A DNA stretch of 64,000 nucleotides, taken from the IMG/VR virus record IMGVR_UViG_2767802007_000002, positions 4,488-68,487 of that record. One strand, 5' to 3'. Positions within the stretch are counted from its first letter, which is position 1; the number at the start of each line of letters is the position of its first letter. The translations under genes were made by a program, and so were the position numbers. The stretch comes from a virus. Lineage: Duplodnaviria; Caudoviricetes. A model generated the notes under the pieces. It saw only the letters and a program-made list of their open reading frames with translations, did no database searches and was not told the origin of the DNA. Positions 45,201 to 55,174 of the stretch are shown here, piece after piece.

Positions 45201-45563
45201 ATGCAGGTCATGGAGACGACGACCGACCGAGCCTGTACCGCGCTTCTCGCCCTGCGCCGCAGCATCGTCGCGGGCGAGTGCTTCCCTGACTGGACGGTGG
45301 CTAGCCCGAGCGGGCACCTGATCGGCCTCATCATCGAGACGCCTTACGGCGGGCCGCGCCACCGGCTGAAGACTGCCGTCCGCGATCAGACGGTGGCGGC
45401 ATGGGTGACGGCGGGCTGGATCACGCTCGGCGCCGAGGAGCCGCTGCCGGAGTACGAGGGGAGCCGGCCTGGGCTGCGGTGGGAGCCGGGGCGTGTGGGC
45501 CGCCGGCTGGTGTTGACGGAGGCGGGGCGTGAGCTCGCGGGGTGGCGGCCGGTTGAGTGGTGA
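45201..45563 (+). CDS. Hypothetical protein, winged-helix-like C-terminus
   Basis: VAAWVTAGWIT...LVLTEAGRELA. Confidence 0.55.
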   Translation: MQVMETTTDRACTALLALRRSIVAGECFPDWTVASPSGHLIGLIIETPYGGPRHRLKTAVRDQTVAAWVTAGWITLGAEEPLPEYEGSRPGLRWEPGRVGRRLVLTEAGRELAGWRPVEW

Positions 45564-45864
45564 CGCACGACCGCCCCGTCTCGGTGGAGGCGGGGCGGAA
45601 GGCGGTGCGCTGGGTAGCCACTCCGGCGCGAGGCCCGGTGCCGCGCGGACATGACCTCCCTGAGGCCACCCACACCGGGCGGAGCAGGCCTACCCCCGGC
45701 AGGGGCCGGGATCAGCTTGCGCATCCCAGGATGCCACGGCCGTCAAGCCGGGCGCTCAGGGTTCCAGCGGGCGGGCTTCAAGCTGAGCCGTCCGTCCGGG
45801 AGTCGGTCCCACCAGTAGGGCCGGTGGAACAGCCAGACGACGCGCAGCGCATCAGGGCCCCAGA

Positions 45865-46254
45865 TCACTTCGGCAGGTGGAGGTCGGGCTGGTCGCAGCA
45901 GTGTCGGGTGTGGTCCTCGACGGTGGCGGTGGTCGGGCAGTAGTACAGGCGGCCGGTCGGTTGGGTCGCTGCCGGCGTGGGCTGGTCGAGGGCTTGGATG
46001 GTGGGGCAGGGCCAGGGCACGCCGTGGCTGCCGGTGCATTCGTCGCAGAGGCCGTAGCTGTTGACGTGCAGGGCTCGAACGCGGGCGATCGCGCCCTGGA
46101 GTTCTTCGACGCGTCCGGCGTAGCTGCCGGCGGCGATGTCGGCGGATTCTGCTTCGGCCCAGGCGCGGCATTCGGCGCGGAGGGCGTCGAGGTCGCGGTA
46201 CAGCTGGTCGAGTTCGGCGTCGTTGATCGTGGATGCGGTCTTGCGGTCGGTCAC
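45865..46254 (-). CDS. Hypothetical phage protein with Cys motifs
   Basis: INDAELDQLY...RVRALH...CDEC...WPCPTIQAL. Confidence 0.7.
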   Translation of the reverse strand: MTDRKTASTINDAELDQLYRDLDALRAECRAWAEAESADIAAGSYAGRVEELQGAIARVRALHVNSYGLCDECTGSHGVPWPCPTIQALDQPTPAATQPTGRLYYCPTTATVEDHTRHCCDQPDLHLPK

Positions 46255-46445
46255 TGCTGCGGCTCCTTGCTGGCGCAGGTCTTGCAGACGTCTTCAACGC
46301 CGCCGTCGACGGGGTTGAGTTGATCGCGGGTGCAGTACTCGAAGCAGAGGCAGCACATGATCCGACCGTCCGTGAGACGGTCGAGGCGGGTGTAGCTGCC
46401 CCCGTTGGCAAGGGGCACGGTGAGGAAGTCAACGCGCTGGGTCAT
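46251..46445 (-). CDS. Small Zn-binding protein
   Basis: CCLC...CKTC; overlaps next gene. Confidence 0.55.
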   Translation of the reverse strand: MTQRVDFLTVPLANGGSYTRLDRLTDGRIMCCLCFEYCTRDQLNPVDGGVEDVCKTCASKEPQQ

Positions 46446-46500
46446 GCTGTTCCGTTCGTCGGGCGCCTGTGCGGGCGCTGGAGGGGCTGTCGTGGGCGGG

Positions 46501-46692
46501 CTACCAGCCCTCGGTGAAGTGCGGGGCGTCGACGCTGATGTAGCGGTTGTCGCCGAGCGGTCGGGCGCGGACCCAGTCACGGCGCGGGTGGAGGGCGCGG
46601 GGTCCGTAGCAGTGGCGGCAGATCCAGTAGCGCCATCCCTGGGGCTCCCACGGGTGTGGGCCAACGCTGGTTGTGGGCTCGGTGTCGTTCAC
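46501..46692 (-). CDS. Small hypothetical protein
   Basis: ORF track 63 aa; CRHC. Confidence 0.5.
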   Translation of the reverse strand: MNDTEPTTSVGPHPWEPQGWRYWICRHCYGPRALHPRRDWVRARPLGDNRYISVDAPHFTEGW

Positions 46693-46846
46693 GGGCTTCT
46701 CCTCGGATCAGCTGTACGGCCTCTGTGAGGCTCTGCGGGTGGGTCTGGCGTTGCGAGACCCGCGCGGGCGCCTGTTCGGCGCTCCTGGGGACCGCGTAGC
46801 CCCGTCCCGGGCCCCGGCCGCCCACACGACAGCCGGGGCAAGTGGG

Positions 46847-47137
46847 TCAGGGGCGGGCGCGGCGCTTGGCGGCCCAGTCCGGGTCGTACTGCGGCGCCGG
46901 GCTACGGGGCGGTGGCGGGTCGTTGCGGTGCTGCCAGGCGTGCCAGCCCTGCACCGGGTGGGCGACCAGCCAGCCCAGGTTCTCGGCGGACAGCACGGTG
47001 AACATCACGGCGTAGCGCCAGCCGGTGGGCTTGCCGTACTTCTGCCAGTTCGCCCAGTCGGAGAGGCGGTGGCCGAGCCGGGCCCGGCCGAGGAGGTAGC
47101 CAACGGCCAGGGTGGCGAGGGCGTACAGCCAGGCCAT
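46847..47137 (-). CDS. Membrane protein (96 aa)
   Basis: Two hydrophobic segments. Confidence 0.6.
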   Translation of the reverse strand: MAWLYALATLAVGYLLGRARLGHRLSDWANWQKYGKPTGWRYAVMFTVLSAENLGWLVAHPVQGWHAWQHRNDPPPPRSPAPQYDPDWAAKRRARP

Positions 47138-47138
47138 G

Positions 47139-47306
47139 TCAGCCCTCCCCGCAGGCGTGCTCGTCGGGGTCGAAGCGCTGCCCGTTCTCGTCGTGCAGGA
47201 CGAGTCCGTCGTCCACGTCGTACCAGCCGTCTCCGCTGGCGCCGCAGTTGCCGCACTCCCAGCGGCCGGCGAGGCTGATCCCGGTGAATCCTCCGCTGCT
47301 GCTCAC
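47139..47306 (-). CDS. Small CxxC protein
   Basis: GTGA overlap; RWECGNCG. Confidence 0.5.
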   Translation of the reverse strand: MSSSGGFTGISLAGRWECGNCGASGDGWYDVDDGLVLHDENGQRFDPDEHACGEG

Positions 47307-47830
47307 GACTGCGTCTCCTCCTCGCTGTCGGCCGCGGGCTGGGGCGCCACAGGAGCGGGCGGGTCGGCGTCGATGCCGAGGATGTGCACCGGGTCCATCG
47401 GCGGTCGCTTGGGCTTCCGCTGGTCCTCGCCCACCAGGCGGGCCTTGCGGCGCAGCTCCTGCTCGGTGATCACGCCGCCCCACTCGGCTGCTTCGTCGGC
47501 CAGCGCGCGGTACAGGTCGGCGAGCGCGTCCGTCGGCGCCACAGGGGCGGTCTGCTGCTGCGCCCCGGCGGCCATACGGCGCAGCTCGTCGGCGGCATCC
47601 TTGCGGCCGAGCGCGTAGGGCGAGTTGCGGGGTTCGTCCGGCCATTGCGCGAAGAACCGTTCCATGTCCGCGTCCAGCGCGTCGGCTGCCTGCCCGAGGA
47701 TTGCGGCCCGCTGGTCGGCGGCGGGCGCCATACCAGCAGCGGGTGAGCAGCGCGGGCACTCCCAGTCCGGGCCGGGAGCGGTCTTCTGGCCGCGGCACGT
47801 GTGCCGGGTCGGGGTGGTCTGTTCGGTCAC
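47303..47830 (-). CDS. Hypothetical phage protein (175 aa)
   Basis: ORF track; GGAG RBS. Confidence 0.6.
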   Translation of the reverse strand: MTEQTTPTRHTCRGQKTAPGPDWECPRCSPAAGMAPAADQRAAILGQAADALDADMERFFAQWPDEPRNSPYALGRKDAADELRRMAAGAQQQTAPVAPTDALADLYRALADEAAEWGGVITEQELRRKARLVGEDQRKPKRPPMDPVHILGIDADPPAPVAPQPAADSEEETQS

Positions 47831-47876
47831 GGTGGTCTCCGTTCAGGGGGCCGGGTGGCCCCCACGGGCGGGAAGG

Positions 47877-48047
47877 TCAGGCGTCGTCTCGGGCGGCCTT
47901 GGGCCGGCGCTTCCGGCAGGCGGTCTTGTTGGCGCAGACGGTGATCCGGATGCCGTGCTCCTTGTTGGCGAGGGTCCGGAAGCCGCGGGTTCCGGACCGG
48001 CCGCACTGCTCGCAGCGGCGGCTGCTCTGTGTGGTGTCGGCGCTCAC
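47877..48047 (-). CDS. Small Zn-finger protein
   Basis: CEQCG...VCANKTAC; GTGA overlap. Confidence 0.5.
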   Translation of the reverse strand: MSADTTQSSRRCEQCGRSGTRGFRTLANKEHGIRITVCANKTACRKRRPKAARDDA

Positions 48048-48280
48048 CGCGACCCCCCAGCGGGCAGCCGGTCGAGGGCCTCGGCGATCGCCGCGCGCTC
48101 CACCTCGTCGTCGTGCATCGGCCGGTTCCAGCGGCAGTTCGCGCACCAGAACTCGGCGGGCTCCGGCTGCGGCTGGAAGTCCCGGCACAGCGGGTTCGGG
48201 TTCTGCGGGACGTTGCGGGCGGCGCGCGCGGCCGGGCTGTTGTCCCACCGTGCGGGCGAGGTGGCGGGCTGCTCGGTCAT
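48044..48280 (-). CDS. Small hypothetical protein
   Basis: GGAGG RBS; LCRDF...WCANC. Confidence 0.55.
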   Translation of the reverse strand: MTEQPATSPARWDNSPAARAARNVPQNPNPLCRDFQPQPEPAEFWCANCRWNRPMHDDEVERAAIAEALDRLPAGGSR

Positions 48281-48360
48281 GGTGTTCCTCCGGGTGGTCG
48301 TGATGGACTGGGTCCGGCCGGCCCGCGTGATTGGTGCACGCGGGCCGGCCTTCGTGCGGG

Positions 48361-49317
48361 TCACGCGGCGAGCGGGAGCCTGGTGCGCGCGGCGGCCCGC
48401 AGCACCGTGTACGCGGTGACGCCCTGAAGCGCGACGACACCGTTCCCGCCGAGCTTGATCCGCTGCGAGCGCGGGATACCGGGCCGGTCGGTGAGGCCGG
48501 CGGGGTATCCCATCAGCCAGTCGGTGAAGTCGGGGGAGATCCGCCTGTCGCCGCGCGCAGTGAGGGACGCCGGGGCGGGGGCGGGCCGGCCGACGATCCT
48601 CCCCCACCGGTGGATGGCCTCCGCGTAGTCGTGTTCGGGTCCGAGTTCCGGGGCGCGCCAGTCCTCGTCGAGGCGCCAGGCGATCGCCGGCAGGTACCAG
48701 CCGCCCTTGCCGTCGCGCTGGTTGGGGCCGCCGTTGGGTCCGTCGGAGGCTTTCGGGGTGGGGAGCAGGCGGGCCGGCGAGTACAGGGCGGGCGGGGCGG
48801 GGACTTCGACGGTGACCCCGTGGCCGGGGATGGCGTAGCCGAGGAAGCGGGGTCGGGTGTGGGCGGCGCCCACGTCGCCGGCGCGGGTGATCGTCCAGTA
48901 CAGGTCGTAGCCGAGCCGGTTGAGGTGGTCGGAGACGACGTCGAGGCCGCGGCGGCGCAGTGCGGCGACGTTTTCCAGGTACACCTCGTCGGGTTCGAGT
49001 TCGCGGACGGCGGCGGCCACGTTCCGCCACAGGCCGGAGCGGGGGTCGTCGAGACCGAGGCGGTGGCCGTTGTTGCTGATCCCCTGGCAGGGCCAGCCGG
49101 CGATCAGCGTGCGCGGCCGGTGTGCGTCCTGGACCTGTCGCCAGTCGATCGTGGTGATGTCGCCGAGGTTCGGGATGCCTGGCATGCGGTGGGCGAGGAC
49201 GGTGGAGGCGTGTGGGTCGGCCTCGGCGTACACGACGGTCTGGGTGCCGGCCAGCTTGTGGACGGCGTGGTCGAGTTCACCGACGCCGGTGCAGAGGCTG
49301 ATCGCGGGGTGGGTCAC
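48361..49317 (-). CDS. C5 DNA cytosine methyltransferase
   Basis: GTG 49317; motif I SLCTGVGE (atypical), GDIT, IV GWPCQ, VI LENV, VIII HTRPR, X LGGNGV. Confidence 0.88.
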   Translation of the reverse strand: MTHPAISLCTGVGELDHAVHKLAGTQTVVYAEADPHASTVLAHRMPGIPNLGDITTIDWRQVQDAHRPRTLIAGWPCQGISNNGHRLGLDDPRSGLWRNVAAAVRELEPDEVYLENVAALRRRGLDVVSDHLNRLGYDLYWTITRAGDVGAAHTRPRFLGYAIPGHGVTVEVPAPPALYSPARLLPTPKASDGPNGGPNQRDGKGGWYLPAIAWRLDEDWRAPELGPEHDYAEAIHRWGRIVGRPAPAPASLTARGDRRISPDFTDWLMGYPAGLTDRPGIPRSQRIKLGGNGVVALQGVTAYTVLRAAARTRLPLAA

Positions 49318-49349
49318 GTGCTGTCTCCGGTGTGGTGGTGGGTGGCTGC

Positions 49350-49676
49350 TCACGCGGCCGGGGCAGGCCGGGCGGCGTCCTCGGCGAGGCGGCGGAGGCG
49401 GATGGCGCAGCACTCGGAGGTGTGGGCGGCGGCCTCGCGGAGCGTCTCGCTGCGGACGGCGGCCAGCTGGGCGCGGAGGCGGTGGATTTCGGCGACGAGC
49501 GTGGCCTGACCGGCTTCGATGCGGTACAGCCGGTCCATCTCGTCGGAGAGGCACTCGTACAGGTGCTCGGCGAGGAGCTCGCGGTCGATGCCATCGGCGC
49601 CGTCGAGGTACAGGTCGACGGCGGTGCGGATCGCGGTGCGGGTCTCGGCGAGCTGCTGGGTGGCCGGGTCGGTCAC
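49350..49676 (-). CDS. Hypothetical helical protein (108 aa)
   Basis: ORF track; AGGAG RBS. Confidence 0.6.
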   Translation of the reverse strand: MTDPATQQLAETRTAIRTAVDLYLDGADGIDRELLAEHLYECLSDEMDRLYRIEAGQATLVAEIHRLRAQLAAVRSETLREAAAHTSECCAIRLRRLAEDAARPAPAA

Positions 49677-49688
49677 GGTGGGGCTCCT

Positions 49689-49844
49689 TCAGGCGGTGTC
49701 GTACTCGCGGGTGGTGGCGGTGATGGTCGGCTTGTAGTGGCCGATGGCGGCCTCGATGAGGTAGCGGATCTCGTCGGCCTCCTCCTCGGTGGCGAGGTCA
49801 CAGATGTCGACGGTCAGGTCGACGGCGTAACGGCGGTCGGTCAT
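49689..49844 (-). CDS. Small hypothetical protein (51 aa)
   Basis: GAGGAG RBS; MTDRRYAVDLTVD... Confidence 0.5.
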   Translation of the reverse strand: MTDRRYAVDLTVDICDLATEEEADEIRYLIEAAIGHYKPTITATTREYDTA

Positions 49845-49855
49845 GGCGGGGCTCC

Positions 49856-50086
49856 TCAGGCGATGTGGCGGTAGCCGGTGCTGGTGGGCTTGAAGCGGTC
49901 GAGACGGATCCGGGTACGGCGGCCGGGCTTGGTGCCGTTGTGGCCGGCACCGCGGGGGACGACGAGTTCGACGGTGGCGTGGGTGTCGTCGATGCCGACG
50001 ATCCGCACGCGCCGGCCGTAGCCGCGGGGGTCGTTGTCCTGCCAGATCTGGCCGACAGCGGGAGTCGGGGTCGGCGGGGTGGTCAT
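49856..50086 (-). CDS. Hypothetical SH3-like protein (76 aa)
   Basis: VGQIWQDND...RRVRIV...RRTRIRLDRF. Confidence 0.6.
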   Translation of the reverse strand: MTTPPTPTPAVGQIWQDNDPRGYGRRVRIVGIDDTHATVELVVPRGAGHNGTKPGRRTRIRLDRFKPTSTGYRHIA

Positions 50087-50170
50087 GGTGGGCCTTTCCG
50101 GGTGTGTAGGCGGGCGTGTGGCGGCCTGGCGGGTGGCGGGTGGGGGTGTGACGGGTATGTGGTGCGGCGG

Positions 50171-51406
50171 TCAGGTGATCTGGTGGTTCGTGGGGTGCTC
50201 GCTGCTGCGGGGGAACTCGTCCCAGGTGCGGCCGTCGAGCTCGCGGCCGGCGTGCTTTTTGCCCCAGCGGCGGATGGTGGCGGTGCCGTTGGGGAGGCCG
50301 ACTCGTTCGAGGGACCAGGGCTTGTGGCCGATCTCGTGGATCCAGTAGCGGCGCTCGCCGTCTTCGTCGATCCAGTTGCCGGTGTGGACGTGGGTGGCGC
50401 CGCGGGCTTCGCTGTCGGCCTTGGCGGTGGCGAGTTGTTCGTCGGTGCCTTGCCAGCCGGTGTTGGGGTCGCAGATCCGGACTTGGAAGGGGGCGGGGCC
50501 CCATTCGCCCCACTGTTTGAAGAAGAACGGCACTTCGGCCTGCTGGCATTGGTCTCGGATGGTGCGCACCCAGTCCGGGTGCACTGCTCGCGCCTTCGGG
50601 CCGGACTCGCCGCCGACGATGACCCAGTCGATCCGCGGGCCGGTCGACAACGGGGTCATGGTGAGGCCGGTGTTGGTGGTCGTGGCTTTCGATTCGTCCC
50701 AGTAGGGGCGCCCGGTCAGCCAGTACGTGAGCTTCGGCCGGCCACGCCCGGGGACGATCGGGCCGTCGAGGTCGATGGGGCCGAGGAGCGGTTCGCAGGA
50801 CAGGAAGCGGACGGCAGCCGGGGTGTCGAGGAGGGCGGGGATGCGGAGGTCGGCGTACTTCTGGTTCTCGACGCTGGTGCCGATCCACACGTTCGGGAGC
50901 GGCCAGCCGGCGCGGTGGTAGATGCCGTGTTCCAGGCCGGGGACGTAGGTCTCGCTGTGGGAGGTGGCGGCCCACTCCATGGCGGCGCGGAAGTGCTCGC
51001 CGTCTGGGTGGCCGTGCGTGCAGCGTTCGCCCAGGATTCGGGCTGCGCGGTCGGGGCGCTTGGTCAAGATCTGGTAGGTGTGCTGGGGCGTGGCGGCCAT
51101 GACGGCGAACACCTGGGCGAGGAACTCGCGGGGGACGCGGGCGTGGAACAGGTCGCTCATGCTGTTGACGAAGATCTTGCGGGGCTTCTTCCAGCGCAGC
51201 GGCTGGGTCAGGGCGTCGACGTGTGTGGCGATCCCGAAGCCGGGTCCGGAGGTGCGGGGGTCGCCGTCGGTCTGGTACTTGGCCTGTCCCATGCCCTTGA
51301 GGCGCTTGGCCATGGTGAGGGCGTAGCAGTTGTCGCATCCGGGGCTGATGCGGTTGCAGCCGGTGGTGGGGTTCCAGACTTCGTCGGTCCATTCGATGGC
51401 GGTCAT
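50171..51406 (-). CDS. Phage Gp37/Gp68 family (DUF5131) radical-SAM-like protein
   Basis: [64 protein letters not shown]. Confidence 0.9.
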   Translation of the reverse strand: MTAIEWTDEVWNPTTGCNRISPGCDNCYALTMAKRLKGMGQAKYQTDGDPRTSGPGFGIATHVDALTQPLRWKKPRKIFVNSMSDLFHARVPREFLAQVFAVMAATPQHTYQILTKRPDRAARILGERCTHGHPDGEHFRAAMEWAATSHSETYVPGLEHGIYHRAGWPLPNVWIGTSVENQKYADLRIPALLDTPAAVRFLSCEPLLGPIDLDGPIVPGRGRPKLTYWLTGRPYWDESKATTTNTGLTMTPLSTGPRIDWVIVGGESGPKARAVHPDWVRTIRDQCQQAEVPFFFKQWGEWGPAPFQVRICDPNTGWQGTDEQLATAKADSEARGATHVHTGNWIDEDGERRYWIHEIGHKPWSLERVGLPNGTATIRRWGKKHAGRELDGRTWDEFPRSSEHPTNHQIT

Positions 51407-51438
51407 GGGGTTCCTCCGTTGTGCGGGTTGGGTGGTGG

Positions 51439-53244
51439 TCAGGCGGCGTCGTGGGGTGCGTCATTCGTGGGGTGTGTGGGCCTGTCGGGGTGGCTGCCGG
51501 TGGCGGGGTCGCAGCCGATGTGGGTGTCGTATCCGCGGGCTGCCCAGTCGGGGTTGATGGGGTGGTCGCAGATGGTGCACAGGGGGGTGTCTTCGACCTG
51601 TGTTGCGGGGGTGGCCTTCCCCGGGCCCTTCCCCCCTTCCCCCCTCTTAGGGGGGGAAGGGGTGGGGGAACCTGGGTTCCCCGGGGGTTCCCCGGGGGTT
51701 CCCCGGGAATGTTTGACCTGGGGTTTTGCGATTCCCCCTTGATCATCGGGGGATTCCCCCGGGGAACCTGTTCCGGGGATGGTCGGGGGAACATTCGGGG
51801 GAACCTGGTTTGTCCGGTTTTTCCGCGCGCGGACAGCGGCCTCGATCCGCTCCTTCCGCACCGAGATCCCCGCGTCCGCGAGCGCCGCCCGGGTCCGCGG
51901 ATTGCCCGCATCGTCCGGCAGCCCGAGACGGTCGAGCTGCTGGATCAGCCACTCCACCGAGCCCTCCGCCGGCGCTACGTCGTCGTACTCCGCGAGGACG
52001 TGCCGGGTCTGCCCGGGCAGGTACCGGTTGCCGTCCGTGCGCGCGTACCGCATGACGGTGAAGCTGTCCGGGCCGATACCGGTGCGGGTGTGGGTGCGCT
52101 TGAGGACGAGGGTGCCGCCGCCCTGGGCGCGCAACTCCCACACGTGGTCGACGTCCTGGGTCTTCGCCGAGGAGCCGCGGGCACCGCGCTCGCCGTCCTT
52201 GCCCATGTGGTCCAGGCGGATCGAGGCGATCCCGGCTCGCTTGAGGGGCAGGAGGGTGTGCCGGTACAGGGCGAGCCAGGTGTCCGCGTCGTTCTCGGGC
52301 CCGCTGATGAACCGGGAGACGGTGTCGAGGCAGACGACTTGAGCCTCCACCTCGGCGACCATCGCGAGGAGGTCGGCGCCGCCGCCCGCGGTGTCCAGAG
52401 GGCGGATCGGGGGGAAGCTGGCGTAGGTGAGCAGGCCCATGCGGCCCGGGCCGGCGCCGTAGGAGATGAACCGTTCCTGGATGTCCTGGTGGCCGTTCTC
52501 GGCGTCGACGTACAGCACGCTGATCGGGGCCTGCGGGCGGTCTCCGAGGAAGGACTGGCCGGTGGCCATCCGCCACAGCCACTCCTGCACGAACAGGGAC
52601 TTGCCGGCCTTGCCGTCGCCGACGACGGTGATCTGCTGCCCGGGGCCCATGAGCTTCCCGGGCAGGAGTTCGACCTGGCCGAAGTCGGTGGCGAAGAACG
52701 GATCCCACTCCAGGAAGGCGCCGGTCAGGTGCGACGGGCCGTGCCCGAGGACGGTGCGGCGCTCCTCACGCTGGCGGAAGTCGTCAGCGAGCTTGGCCAG
52801 TTCCTCCGCAGTGGCGCCGGCGGCGATGGCCGCCTTGGTCGCGTTGGCCTGCTCGTCGTGGCGGCGGACGACGGCGATCTCGGCGATCCGCTCGGCGAAG
52901 GCCTGCGCCATGCTGCCAGGGATGGTCTGTGCGCCGAGGCGTTCGAGGAGGCGCCCGTTCTCGACCTCGCGGAGCCGTTTGAGTTTCTCGATCTCGGCGC
53001 GGACGGTGACCGGGTGGAGCTGCTTGTTCTCGGCGACCATGCCGCCGACGACGTCCCAGATGAGCCGGATGGCCGGCTGGTAGATGTCGTCGCGGTCGAG
53101 GACTTGTGCGCACTCCAGGTAGGCGGTGCGGTCGTGCATGATGACGCCGCCGACGTAGTTCTCGGCCTCAGCATCATGGGGGCTGGTCCGGTTGAGGCCG
53201 TCCTGGTCCGCCGTGTCGCGGGTCATGTGGCGGACGTTGTCCAC
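51439..53244 (-). CDS. Replicative helicase/initiator: DnaB N-terminal domain plus RepA-type AAA domain
   Basis: [12 protein letters not shown] (DnaB-N), Walker [38 protein letters not shown]. Confidence 0.85.
   Translation of the reverse strand: MDNVRHMTRDTADQDGLNRTSPHDAEAENYVGGVIMHDRTAYLECAQVLDRDDIYQPAIRLIWDVVGGMVAENKQLHPVTVRAEIEKLKRLREVENGRLLERLGAQTIPGSMAQAFAERIAEIAVVRRHDEQANATKAAIAAGATAEELAKLADDFRQREERRTVLGHGPSHLTGAFLEWDPFFATDFGQVELLPGKLMGPGQQITVVGDGKAGKSLFVQEWLWRMATGQSFLGDRPQAPISVLYVDAENGHQDIQERFISYGAGPGRMGLLTYASFPPIRPLDTAGGGADLLAMVAEVEAQVVCLDTVSRFISGPENDADTWLALYRHTLLPLKRAGIASIRLDHMGKDGERGARGSSAKTQDVDHVWELRAQGGGTLVLKRTHTRTGIGPDSFTVMRYARTDGNRYLPGQTRHVLAEYDDVAPAEGSVEWLIQQLDRLGLPDDAGNPRTRAALADAGISVRKERIEAAVRARKNRTNQVPPNVPPTIPGTGSPGESPDDQGGIAKPQVKHSRGTPGEPPGNPGSPTPSPPKRGEGGKGPGKATPATQVEDTPLCTICDHPINPDWAARGYDTHIGCDPATGSHPDRPTHPTNDAPHDAA
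51633..51804. repeat. Iteron-like cluster (putative replication origin) inside the helicase gene
   Basis: 12-bp hairpin 51633-51662; three tandem GGGTTCCCCGG 51674-51706; inverted GGGGAAC near 51665, 51761, 51786, 51798. Confidence 0.65.
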
Positions 53245-53259
53245 TGGGCGGTCCTCCGG

Positions 53260-53562
53260 TTAGAAGAGCGTGCTGGGTGCGGTGGTGCAGCGGTGCGTGA
53301 GGAGGTGCTGGTGCGGGCAGTCCGGCGGGTGCCGGCCGGTGGTCCAGTGCAGCCGGAGCGGGCCGTGGCGGGGGCGGGGCAGGCACCACACGAGGTCGTC
53401 GGGTGTGCTCGCCTCGGCGGCCGGCCCGTAGGGGCGCTGCTCGTCCGGTGGGAGGAGGTCGACCCGGGCTTGGAGGGCCGCGGTGTGACCGACCCACTGG
53501 ACGAGCAGCGGTCGGCCGCAGGAGGGACAGCGGTCGGTGCCGTCCCGCCTGCGGCCGGCCAT
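53260..53562 (-). CDS. Zn-finger hypothetical protein
   Basis: CPSCG...LVWCL...HRC; overlaps the DUF2303 stop. Confidence 0.6.
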   Translation of the reverse strand: MAGRRRDGTDRCPSCGRPLLVQWVGHTAALQARVDLLPPDEQRPYGPAAEASTPDDLVWCLPRPRHGPLRLHWTTGRHPPDCPHQHLLTHRCTTAPSTLF

Positions 53563-54377
53563 CAGGCCGGGATCCCGTTCAGGACCTGCGTGTCGATGCC
53601 CTCGGCGATCTGCTTGAGTACGTCGGCGAACGCGGCCTTCGCGCGCTCCTCCGGCTGCTCCAGCTTGAAGCCGAGGGCGAGCTGGCCGCGGTCGATGCGG
53701 TACCGGAACCGGCAGCGGATCTTGTACGCGGCGGCGCCCTCGAACGGCGGGACGGCGATCTCGAAGACCTCGGGGATCGTCAGGTCGCCCTTCGCACCCG
53801 CGGTGGCCTTGGTGTCCTCGGTGAAGACGAACTTCCGCTCACCGGACTGCAGGCGGGTCCCGGACTGGAACTCGGCCTTGGTGGTGGCCTTGATGGACTG
53901 GGCGATCTCCAGCATGGTCGCGGCGTCCGGGGTGACCAGCTCGGGCAGGTGGTCCTCCAGGAAGTTCGCGAACTCGTCCTGGCCGACGAGGCGTCCGTCG
54001 AGGGTGAGCCACTGCTGCCAGGCCTTGGTGCGGCGCAGGCCGAGGACGAGGCGGTGGTCGCCGAAGTCGGGCTCGTTGGTGGAGTGGGCGTTGAGGACGG
54101 CGGTGACGGTGAGCTGCTCGACGTCGGAGTAGACCTCGCTGGCGTCGTCGTGGTGCTTGGCCCAGTAGGTGAGGAAGCTGGTGGCGTCGCGGACAGTGGT
54201 GGTGCCGGTCTTGCGGTCGATACGGCCGGTGTAGCGGGAGCCGGTGAGGTCGACGGTCTGGACCTGGCCGTCGGCGGTGGCGACGAGGTAGATGCTGCCG
54301 GGTTCGACCGGCTTGGGGGCGAGGGCCTGCTGGGCGAGGCCGGTGATCGCCTGCACGTTGTCGGTGGTGTTGGTCAC
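53562..54377 (-). CDS. DUF2303 (YfdQ-like) protein
   Basis: SFLTYW, AVLNAH, WQQWL, QDEFANFLED, IAVPPFEG, FRYRI. Confidence 0.85.
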   Translation of the reverse strand: MTNTTDNVQAITGLAQQALAPKPVEPGSIYLVATADGQVQTVDLTGSRYTGRIDRKTGTTTVRDATSFLTYWAKHHDDASEVYSDVEQLTVTAVLNAHSTNEPDFGDHRLVLGLRRTKAWQQWLTLDGRLVGQDEFANFLEDHLPELVTPDAATMLEIAQSIKATTKAEFQSGTRLQSGERKFVFTEDTKATAGAKGDLTIPEVFEIAVPPFEGAAAYKIRCRFRYRIDRGQLALGFKLEQPEERAKAAFADVLKQIAEGIDTQVLNGIPA

Positions 54378-54380
54378 GGG

Positions 54381-54755
54381 TCAGATGTCCTTGATCTCGC
54401 CGGTGGTGGTGTTGATGTCGCGCACGTCGAACGCCTGCATCTGGCGGGGGTCGTTGCGGGTGGGCCGGCCGTCGTCGTCGACGAAGTACATGGACGGCGG
54501 GGCGATCGCCTTGGGGGCCTTGACCTCGGAGTCGATGCCGACGAGGAGGGGGGCGCCGTCGACGTGGCCCTTGGGGGGTTCGACGGAGACCTTGATGGTC
54601 AAGGAGCCCTTGCGGCCGTGCTCCTGGACGGCGGCGAGCAGCTGGTGGAACTCGTCGCTGATCTGCTCGTGGGCTTCGCCGCGGCTGTGCTGGATGAGGA
54701 AGACGGCGAACTCGCCGTCGTGGTCCTTGGCGGTTTCGTGGTGCTGGATGGTCAT
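54381..54755 (-). CDS. DUF2303 partner protein (YfdP-like)
   Basis: LAAVQEHGRKGSLTIKV...YFVDDDGRPTRNDPRQ; conserved pairing. Confidence 0.75.
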   Translation of the reverse strand: MTIQHHETAKDHDGEFAVFLIQHSRGEAHEQISDEFHQLLAAVQEHGRKGSLTIKVSVEPPKGHVDGAPLLVGIDSEVKAPKAIAPPSMYFVDDDGRPTRNDPRQMQAFDVRDINTTTGEIKDI

Positions 54756-54874
54756 GTGTTGGGGGTACCTTTCTGGTAAATGGCGCGGATGGCGGTGGCC
54801 CGGACTGGGCATGGCGAGGAACTTGCAGGTCGCGGCCGGAAGTTGGGCGTCTCTGCTGCTTGTGATTCTACCCC

Positions 54875-54931
54875 GGGGTGTATAGTCACCCGCAATACGT
54901 ACGGCATACACGCAGGTTGCGAGGGGTGTAT
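54875..54931. promoter_or_regulatory. Repeated GTGTAT sites in a divergent promoter
   Basis: GGGGTGTAT at 54875 and 54923; inverted ATACAC at 54906. Confidence 0.45.
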
Positions 54932-54961
54932 GTCTCCTGCACAGTCAGCTACTCTGTCGAC

Positions 54962-55174
54962 ATGACGACGAAGGGAACCCCGGGCCGCATGGTCCGCATC
55001 GACGACGAGGTGTGGGGGGCGTACGGGGAGCTGTGCGAGGCGGAGGGGACTTCCCGCGCCGATGACATCCGTCGTCACGTCCACTCGCGCGTAGCCGCCT
55101 GGCGCAAGAGGCAGGCCCTGGAGCGCCGGCTCAAGCACCTCAGCGATGAACCCGCTGACGGCGACATCCTCTGA
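54962..55174 (+). CDS. Second ribbon-helix-helix protein
   Basis: GTPGRMVRIDDEVWGAYGELCEAEGTSRADDIRRHV; followed by hairpin 55200-55226. Confidence 0.75.
   Translation: MTTKGTPGRMVRIDDEVWGAYGELCEAEGTSRADDIRRHVHSRVAAWRKRQALERRLKHLSDEPADGDIL

Noticed and set aside
36300-45600. A complete inserted AICE or plasmid
   Set aside because: No integrase, excisionase, rolling-circle Rep or flanking direct repeat found by eye; only the tra/spd genes and regulators are present.
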